A stretch of DNA of 64,000 bases from an uncultured Fidelibacterota bacterium. Lineage in GTDB: Bacteria > Fidelibacterota > UBA8477 > JABMPR01. Both the position numbers and the translations under genes were made by a program. How positions within the stretch are numbered: position 1 is the stretch's first letter; each line of letters begins with the position of its first letter. The DNA is taken from NCBI GenBank assembly GCA_937888365.1, contig CALBFA010000073.1:44686-108685 (forward strand), in the 5' to 3' direction. The notes under the pieces are model-generated. The model saw only the letters and a program-made list of their open reading frames with translations. It had not been told where the DNA came from and ran no database searches. Shown here in pieces: positions 57,645 to 64,000 of the stretch.

Positions 57645-59045
57645 CTATATGTGTTCGACTTGTTTTTCCAAATTGATAGGATGCTTTTTCTCAAGCGATT
57701 TAATCTTTGTCCAAAGCCATCCAAAACCAACAGAGCCCGCTGTAGTAGCCGAAAGGGCAATTGAATACCAAACCCAATAATAGGGTTTACCTGCGATTTG
57801 TGTGAAATAGTAAGTCAATGGAATCGAAATTAAAATAACACGTATCAAGGTAATAATTAACGGAGGCAATCCGTAGCCCATACCTTGCATCATCCGGCCA
57901 GAAAGCATACCGATGGATATGATCCAATAGAAAAAAGAAAGCGTTCGGACAAGGCTGACCGCGACTTCAATGACAAGCGGATCTTTTGTAAAGATTTGGA
58001 AAAAATGCGGTGAGAAAAAGTAAAAAATAATGCCACCGGTGATGCCTATTGTAAGACCGGTTCGTAATCCATAGAAAACGACTTTTTTGACTAAATCAAT
58101 TCGTTGAGCGCCTGTAAACATACCAACGAGTGTGACTAAACTATGACCCAAGGCCATAATCGGTAAGAAAAATATTTGGTCGAGTCTGCCAGATAGTTCA
58201 AACCCTGCCACAACTTTAGGGGAATAACCCACCAATATCTTATTAAAAACAGCATTCCCCAATGACATAACAACCATGGCCAATGATGATGGGATACCAA
58301 TCTTTGCGATGCTGATTAAAATATTTCTATTGAATTTAAAATGACGCATTTTCAGAGAAAGGAAGGTGCTTTTCTTAATAATGATGATATAAAGTAATCC
58401 GAAGGTTGTGATAAGCTGGGAAAGTATGGTTGCCAACGCGGCACCTTTAACACCCATATCCAGTCCAAAAATAAAAATAGGATCGAGGATGACGTTGACA
58501 ACAGTTGCTACGGCTTGAAATTTCATTGGCGTCATTGTGTCGCCTTCGCCGTTAAAAATAGACCGAAGAAGAATGCCTGCTAAAGAGAAAATAAATCCGC
58601 CAGCAATAATTCTAAAATATCCGAGCGTTTGGCTCATAAGGTTTGCTGGCGCGCCCATAACAGTCAGAATTTTTTCGCCAAACAAGAGCCCCGAACTGGC
58701 AAAAATAACGCCTAAAATCAGTCCAATAAGAAGTCCATGTTCAGCCGCATTATTGGCAGAAGCTTTATCTTTCCGTCCAATATTCTGGGCAATAACGGCT
58801 GTTACACCATTGCCTAAACCAAATGTAATACCATAGGAAAACCAAAATAATGGCATATTAAATGCGAGTGCGGTTATAGCGTCGGGTGAAATTCGCCCAA
58901 CGAAAACCATGTCTGTAATGCTATAGGCGGTTTGAACCAGCATCCCCATCATAACAGGAACGGCTAAAGTCCAAACGGCTTTGGTGGGATTACTTGCGAA
59001 CGATTCGAATCTATCTTTTGATTGTATTTTTGCCATAGGCGACAA
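57645..59045 (-). CDS. MATE family efflux transporter
   Basis: LA.P.......Y...D..FVG, G.GD..TP, N.ILDP.FIF..G.GV.GAA.AT; about 12 TM helices. Confidence 0.92.
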   Translation of the reverse strand: MSPMAKIQSKDRFESFASNPTKAVWTLAVPVMMGMLVQTAYSITDMVFVGRISPDAITALAFNMPLFWFSYGITFGLGNGVTAVIAQNIGRKDKASANNAAEHGLLIGLILGVIFASSGLLFGEKILTVMGAPANLMSQTLGYFRIIAGGFIFSLAGILLRSIFNGEGDTMTPMKFQAVATVVNVILDPIFIFGLDMGVKGAALATILSQLITTFGLLYIIIIKKSTFLSLKMRHFKFNRNILISIAKIGIPSSLAMVVMSLGNAVFNKILVGYSPKVVAGFELSGRLDQIFFLPIMALGHSLVTLVGMFTGAQRIDLVKKVVFYGLRTGLTIGITGGIIFYFFSPHFFQIFTKDPLVIEVAVSLVRTLSFFYWIISIGMLSGRMMQGMGYGLPPLIITLIRVILISIPLTYYFTQIAGKPYYWVWYSIALSATTAGSVGFGWLWTKIKSLEKKHPINLEKQVEHI

Positions 59046-59050
59046 GCTCT

Positions 59051-60487
59051 TTAAGAAAATGCTTTGAGCAAGGACGAAGAATGATTTAGATAAAATTCTT
59101 TTAAATTATTTCGAGACGTTTTTATGCCTGTATTTTCGAGTTCTGGTGGAAAAAGAAAAAATGCATCAGGAATCATAAAGAATGGGTGCTTTAGCTTGAG
59201 TGAATGTCGTACAAACGATTCCGCTATAATAATATCGTTGCTTTTTCGAATGAACGCGATGGGTCTTTCGCCAAATTCATTATTTGGGGTGCCGATTACG
59301 TAACATTCATCAACACCTTCGATTTGCATAAGTGATGTCTCTATTTCTTCTGCTTGGATATTTTCGCCACCCGAAATAATGATATTATGGATGCGACCTG
59401 TCACAATTAATTGGCTCTTATGATTGATATAACCTAAATCGCCGCTGTGAAACCAACCATCGTCGTCTCTAGGATCTATCAAATTATTGCGTTGTGTCGG
59501 ATTTAAATACCCGAGGCAAAGAGATTCGCCCCTCACCAATATTTCGCCATGATGATCGATTGTCATATCTGTATTTGCAAGGAGTTGTCCCGATGTATTC
59601 ATTTCAAAATCATCGGCATCTAGGCGAGTTGTCGTCACTTGAGACGCCATTTCCGTTAATCCATACGTTAGTTGAATAGGTAATCCTCGTTTTTTCGCTT
59701 CTGCAACGACGCTATAATCCGTTCGATCTCCACCGACTAAAACAGATGTTAAATTTAGGATGTCGTCGATTGAGAAATCACTCTTGAGTAGCGCTCTCAA
59801 CTGTGTCGGAACGAATGATACATGCGTTATTTGAGATTGAATCAATGTGTCGAGCATGGAAATATCTTTATCTTGAAAAACAAGTGTCGATTGCGTGAGA
59901 AGTCCTCGAATCAGCAATCCCATCCCCCCAACATGATTAAACGGAAGTATGGCTAAAGTCCTTGAATCTTCGCAGAGTTGCGAATTTTCCACAACCCCCT
60001 TCGCATTTGCCATCAATGTATCGAGTGTATGGACAACATATTTGGATTTTTGAGTGCTGCCGGACGTTTGGAAAATAATATGATTTTGAGGACGTAAATG
60101 AGTACTTCCAAATTTGAATTCACTCAAATCTTCAAAAGGAATAAAATCGACAGAAAAGTTGATGTTTTCAATTGTCCTCGGCCCCACAAGATATGCAAGT
60201 TTTGCGTCGGAAATGATGGTTTCTAATTGTTCATGAGGATGCCGTTTGGACAGCAGAAAAATGTCGTGTCCTTGCATCAATGCCACAAGAAATGCGAGGA
60301 TAAAATCAGGACTCGTTTCTTCGATAATACCAATAAATTGAGGCGATGAGCGTGGGACACGTTGGAGCAAATGATGAAGGTCATCGAATGAAAAATTAAG
60401 ATTCGGTGACTCCATAAATAATCTATCCTGACAATTTGTAGTGCTTGTAAGTTTGAGAAGAGTACTGGAATTAAGCGTGGACGGCAT
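59051..60487 (-). CDS. menE: o-succinylbenzoate-CoA ligase
   Basis: TSGST..K, LP..HVGG, S.VPTQL, TYGLTEMASQV, F.SGDLG, ISGGENI; within the men cluster. Confidence 0.85.
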   Translation of the reverse strand: MPSTLNSSTLLKLTSTTNCQDRLFMESPNLNFSFDDLHHLLQRVPRSSPQFIGIIEETSPDFILAFLVALMQGHDIFLLSKRHPHEQLETIISDAKLAYLVGPRTIENINFSVDFIPFEDLSEFKFGSTHLRPQNHIIFQTSGSTQKSKYVVHTLDTLMANAKGVVENSQLCEDSRTLAILPFNHVGGMGLLIRGLLTQSTLVFQDKDISMLDTLIQSQITHVSFVPTQLRALLKSDFSIDDILNLTSVLVGGDRTDYSVVAEAKKRGLPIQLTYGLTEMASQVTTTRLDADDFEMNTSGQLLANTDMTIDHHGEILVRGESLCLGYLNPTQRNNLIDPRDDDGWFHSGDLGYINHKSQLIVTGRIHNIIISGGENIQAEEIETSLMQIEGVDECYVIGTPNNEFGERPIAFIRKSNDIIIAESFVRHSLKLKHPFFMIPDAFFLFPPELENTGIKTSRNNLKEFYLNHSSSLLKAFS

Positions 60488-61544
60488 GGAGTAAATTCAT
60501 TTTATTTTTATTGAAAAAGCGTTGATGAGAAGGTGTAAGGATGGCTTCCAATCGACCCTTATTGATAAGCAAAGATTCGTTTAGAATATCGGTTTGCAAA
60601 TATCGATACGTGTCGATCCCCATTGGATTTGCATTGTTAAGGAGCTTCAAATTCATGCGGGCAATATTCATAAGGCCAATACCACTTTCGTAGCTAGAGC
60701 TTAAAACAAATTTGGGTGAAATCAATTCATAATGCGACATTAATCTTAGGAGTGTCGATTTCCCTCCCATCAGCGTTGGCTTATAAACAATGGCGTCAAT
60801 CCCTTGGAAAAATGGAAGTCTGCTCCAATCTTTTTCTCGCAACGACTCATCTAATGCGATAGGCATATTGGTTTTCAAATAGAGCTTTTTTAGGAGTGAT
60901 GGATTTTGCAATGGTTCTTCAATATATTCAATCACTTCGCGATTTTTAAGTCCATCCCAAAATATGCAGGCGTCTTCAAAACTCCACGCTTGATTGGCAT
61001 CAAGACGTATGGATTTGGGCGGTAAATGCGTTGATGTCATGGCGTTGATGCGACTGATTTCCTCTTGAATTGAAAGTTGACCAACTTTTATTTTGAAGCT
61101 AGAATATCCGTCCTCAATCAAGCGATTTAAGTCCATAGAATCATTTTGAATGAGTGCATTAATCGCTGCATTTGTAAATAAAATTTCGCCAGGATTCTCT
61201 TTTTGATGTCGGATGCAATTAAGCGCCGATTCTATCCCGAATTGAACGGATGGAGAGAGAGTCGATTGTTTCTCAAGATAAACCGCCACCATTGTTTCAA
61301 GCTCAAAAGAATTTGCAAATGCTTCCATGACCATTCTAATTTCGGCTTCTGCTTGAGGTAAAGTTTCATTGCTAAAGAAAACGAGCGGCGCGATATCGCC
61401 TGTTCCGTGTTTCCCTTCATTGTCGATGATATGGAGAATAAGTCCGTCGCGGGTCGAACGTGTCGTTTGCCCAAAAATAATGTTTTGTGTTAAAATATTC
61501 TGATATGAATAAAGTCGTATATGTGCTTTGGACATGTTTTTCAA
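60471..61544 (-). CDS. menC: o-succinylbenzoate synthase
   Basis: G.IAPL..FS.E, KIKVG, RLDANQAW, YIEEP, ALDESL, KPTL.G, SSSYES. Confidence 0.88.
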   Translation of the reverse strand: MKNMSKAHIRLYSYQNILTQNIIFGQTTRSTRDGLILHIIDNEGKHGTGDIAPLVFFSNETLPQAEAEIRMVMEAFANSFELETMVAVYLEKQSTLSPSVQFGIESALNCIRHQKENPGEILFTNAAINALIQNDSMDLNRLIEDGYSSFKIKVGQLSIQEEISRINAMTSTHLPPKSIRLDANQAWSFEDACIFWDGLKNREVIEYIEEPLQNPSLLKKLYLKTNMPIALDESLREKDWSRLPFFQGIDAIVYKPTLMGGKSTLLRLMSHYELISPKFVLSSSYESGIGLMNIARMNLKLLNNANPMGIDTYRYLQTDILNESLLINKGRLEAILTPSHQRFFNKNKMNLLHAVHA

Positions 61545-61554
61545 TTTCCTTTTG

Positions 61555-62433
61555 TTACGTAATAAGCCATCCCAGGGAAAAAAGTAAAGTAAAAACGAGC
61601 TGAATTCTTGCCGTCATGGGAAGAACTTCTAAAAGTTCGCGACTGTCGCTATAGGACAAAATCCGCTTAATAGGCATCACAAATAGAAAAAAAGTTAGCA
61701 TGCCGATGAGGCTGACATAATGGTCGTGCTGAAAAATGAGTAGAAAGAGTAGAGGCGAGACCAATGCCAGAGAAATGCTCGCGAGATACTCCGTTTCTCC
61801 AAAGGTTGCGCCGAAACGCGCAATGAGCGTATTCTTGCCAGTTTTACGGTCTTCATCAATGTCCCGCAGATTATTGATGGATAACAAGGCTACGGAAAAA
61901 AGCCCTTGAGCAGCGCCAAAAGCGAGAGCCAGATTTGAATGTTCCAGCGCTTGGACATAATAAGTTCCCCAGGTTGCAATGGGTCCAAAAAAGAGAAACG
62001 CGAAAATGTCGCCTAATCCATGATAGGCCAATGGAAACGGTCCACCCGTATAAATAACGCCGAGGAGAAGTGACGAAAGACCCAGAAAAACAATGGGCCA
62101 ACCGCCTCGCGAAACAAGATAAATCCCAATGATGAAAGCAAGGGCGAAAGAAAGTAGCATGGCTTTTTTCATGGCGTTTGGTGTGACAAGTCCTCGATGC
62201 GTGAGCCGTTGAGGACCGATTCGCTCGCTGGTATCACCGCCTTTTTTATAGTCGAAATAGTCGTTGGCGAAATTGGTTCCGATTTGAATAAAAAATGCAC
62301 CGAATAATGCCGCAATTGCAGACCATAAATGAAACACACCTTCAGAATACGCTAAAATTGTCGCCATTAAAACAGGTGCAAAAGCGGCACTTAGGGTTTT
62401 GGGTCGAGCGGCTTCTATCCAGAGCTTAAACAT
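61555..62433 (-). CDS. menA: 1,4-dihydroxy-2-naphthoate polyprenyltransferase
   Basis: AARPKTL, QIGTNFANDYFD..KG.D..R.GP.R, YTGGP.PL.Y.GLG, NNLRD...D..GK.TL. Confidence 0.95.
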   Translation of the reverse strand: MFKLWIEAARPKTLSAAFAPVLMATILAYSEGVFHLWSAIAALFGAFFIQIGTNFANDYFDYKKGGDTSERIGPQRLTHRGLVTPNAMKKAMLLSFALAFIIGIYLVSRGGWPIVFLGLSSLLLGVIYTGGPFPLAYHGLGDIFAFLFFGPIATWGTYYVQALEHSNLALAFGAAQGLFSVALLSINNLRDIDEDRKTGKNTLIARFGATFGETEYLASISLALVSPLLFLLIFQHDHYVSLIGMLTFFLFVMPIKRILSYSDSRELLEVLPMTARIQLVFTLLFSLGWLIT

Positions 62434-62462
62434 ATAATATATAAAAAAGAAAATTTAACATA

Positions 62463-62819
62463 TTACGTTTTTGACAGTGTTTTGCGAGTTGAAAAGAAAA
62501 TAGCAGTGAGTTCCTTTGCTTCTTTGAGTAGAGGTTCAATTTTAGATTCGATGACCAGTTTTTCATCCTGGCAGAACTCAATCCAAAAGACACTCTCATC
62601 TACTTCTTCTAAGACAATACTTTTTTTAGCTTTAAAAGCAGCCTTTAACTGGCCTAAAAGCGCTGCCCGATAATTTGCTGCTACTGATGTCGATGAACGG
62701 ATAAGCTGGTTTTGAATATGTCTTCCCAGTGTGTCACTTGGGAGCGAAAAAGCGAATTTAACGCAACGATGTGCAAAAGCTTTTGTTCTCAATTTCATTT
62801 GTTCATTAGCACTACTCAT
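62463..62819 (-). CDS. Four-helix-bundle protein (23S rRNA IVP-like family)
   Basis: RT..FA, QL.RS.TSV.ANY, F..K..I..EE.DE..FW, L.KEA.EL..I. Confidence 0.88.
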   Translation of the reverse strand: MSSANEQMKLRTKAFAHRCVKFAFSLPSDTLGRHIQNQLIRSSTSVAANYRAALLGQLKAAFKAKKSIVLEEVDESVFWIEFCQDEKLVIESKIEPLLKEAKELTAIFFSTRKTLSKT

Positions 62820-62822
62820 CGA

Positions 62823-62870
62823 TATTTTCTATTTTCTATTTTCTATTTTCTATTTTCTATTTTCTATTTT
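62823..62870. repeat. Heptamer tandem repeat (TATTTTC)x6 plus a partial unit
   Basis: Six perfect copies plus TATTTT, 48 bp, between menB and the four-helix-bundle start. Confidence 0.97.
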
Positions 62871-62882
62871 AAAGTTTTTTAA

Positions 62883-63710
62883 CTACGGCCGCCAAGGATA
62901 TTTCTTAAAGTTGGGTTTACGTTTTTCGTTGAACGCGTTTCGCCCTTCTTGGGCTTCTTCTGTCATGTAATAAAGCAACGTCGCATTTCCTGCCAGCTCT
63001 TGCAAGCCTGTTTGACCATCGACGTCGGCATTAAAGGCCGATTTTAGGAGGCGAATCGACAGGGGAGAATGCTCTAGGATTTCCTTCGACCATTTCACCG
63101 TTTCATTTTCCAATTCGGCGTAAGGTACAACCGTATTGACGAGTCCCATATCCAGCGCTTCTTGAGCATTATATTGACGACATAAAAACCAAATTTCACG
63201 CGCTTTCTTTTGACCCACGATAGATGCCATGTAGCTCGCGCCGTATCCACCGTCGAATGAACCAACTTTCGGCCCAGTTTGACCAAAAATAGCATTATCA
63301 GCGGCAATCGTTAAATCGCAAACCAAATGTAAAACGTGTCCGCCACCAATAGAATATCCAGCCACCATTGCGATGACAGGTTTAGGCAGCGTTCGAATTT
63401 GTCGCTGTAAATCAAGGACATTTAGGCGATGAACGCCTTGGCCATCTTTATATCCCGAATCGCCTCGTATGCCTTGATCACCGCCAGAACAAAAAGCTTT
63501 CTCGCCTTCGCCCGTCAAAATAATGACGCCAATTTTTGGATCTTCTCGTGCAATTTCAAACGCTTGAATCATTTCCATCACCGTTAGAGGGCGAAATGCG
63601 TTGCGTTTCTCAGGTCGATTAATCGTGATTTTTGCGATTCCTTCGAAGGTCTCAAATTTTATATCGGTGTAATCTGCGCGTTTTTTCCAGTTAAATGGGG
63701 TCATGTTCAT
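62883..63710 (-). CDS. menB: 1,4-dihydroxy-2-naphthoyl-CoA synthase
   Basis: [55 protein letters not shown]. Confidence 0.97.
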   Translation of the reverse strand: MNMTPFNWKKRADYTDIKFETFEGIAKITINRPEKRNAFRPLTVMEMIQAFEIAREDPKIGVIILTGEGEKAFCSGGDQGIRGDSGYKDGQGVHRLNVLDLQRQIRTLPKPVIAMVAGYSIGGGHVLHLVCDLTIAADNAIFGQTGPKVGSFDGGYGASYMASIVGQKKAREIWFLCRQYNAQEALDMGLVNTVVPYAELENETVKWSKEILEHSPLSIRLLKSAFNADVDGQTGLQELAGNATLLYYMTEEAQEGRNAFNEKRKPNFKKYPWRP

Positions 63711-63801
63711 AGCCTTTCAATGGTCCATAAATTATTTCAATCATCATCATGCGACGAATCTATTTAAAGTTAGGGTTTTAAAAAGAGTATTGAGTCGGAA
63801 A

Positions 63802-64000
63802 TTACAGTTCAGCCACAAAGGTTTCGATTGATTGAGCCACAAAACTAGCGTTCTCAATATGTAGTGCATGAGAAGCATTTGGAATAGCTTTTACGTCGGC
63901 ATTAGGCAATATTGCGTTCATTTTATGCATGATAGTTGCATATTTAGAATCAAACTCGCCATGGAGAAATAATGTAGGCATTGCTAAGTTTTTTAGTCGG
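63802..64000 (-). CDS. menH: C-terminal part of an alpha/beta hydrolase, probably SHCHC synthase (5' part outside the window)
   Basis: Hand translation ...RLKNLAMPTLFLHGEFDSKY...IPNASHALHIEN...FVAEL*, showing GE.D.K and the catalytic His; directly upstream of menB. Confidence 0.75.
   Translation of the reverse strand, partial: RLKNLAMPTLFLHGEFDSKYATIMHKMNAILPNADVKAIPNASHALHIENASFVAQSIETFVAEL

Noticed and set aside
62463-62819. Four-helix bundle as the Avd of a diversity-generating retroelement
   Set aside because: No reverse transcriptase or TR/VR repeat pair in the window.
62823-62870. Tandem repeat as a CRISPR array or as part of the ORF at 62731-62970
   Set aside because: 7-bp units with no spacers and no cas genes; the plus-strand ORF is low-complexity and antisense to real genes.

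Overview
A low-GC, gene-dense bacterial chromosome segment. The T9SS-type C-terminal domain, group II GGGP synthase, efp-accB-accC-gcvH order and PsrABC suggest an FCB-superphylum organism such as Marinimicrobia or Ignavibacteria; this placement is inferred, not proven. The first ~20 kb is accessory redox and transport content: (i) a T9SS cargo / TlpA / DUF6029-like outer-membrane protein / Omp28 lipoprotein cluster whose three complete members each carry a dithiol motif; (ii) a convergent operon of a Cys-rich MerR, polysulfide/thiosulfate reductase PsrABC, two half-size YeeE/YedE proteins and a rhodanese that lacks its catalytic Cys but ends in a GGC tail; (iii) a sigma-54 two-component system lying between two putative sigma-54 promoters, one upstream of a porin-livKHMGF-acuB operon. 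The rest is mostly housekeeping: xerD, nagZ, queG, efp, accBC, gcvH/gcvPA, GGGPS, comF, fba-pgk-tpiA-secG, tRNA-Leu(GAG), acpS, nnr, recN, ltaE, trkAH, dacB, mce, uvrC, rmuC and the men genes. Small insertions are scattered through it: a truncated DUF1016/YhcG gene with an in-frame perfect palindrome, a frameshifted membrane-protein gene followed by REP-like palindromes, and a four-helix-bundle gene preceded by a heptamer tandem repeat inside the men operon. I saw no CRISPR array, rRNA, transposase or prophage. All family assignments come from motif recognition by eye; no searches were run.
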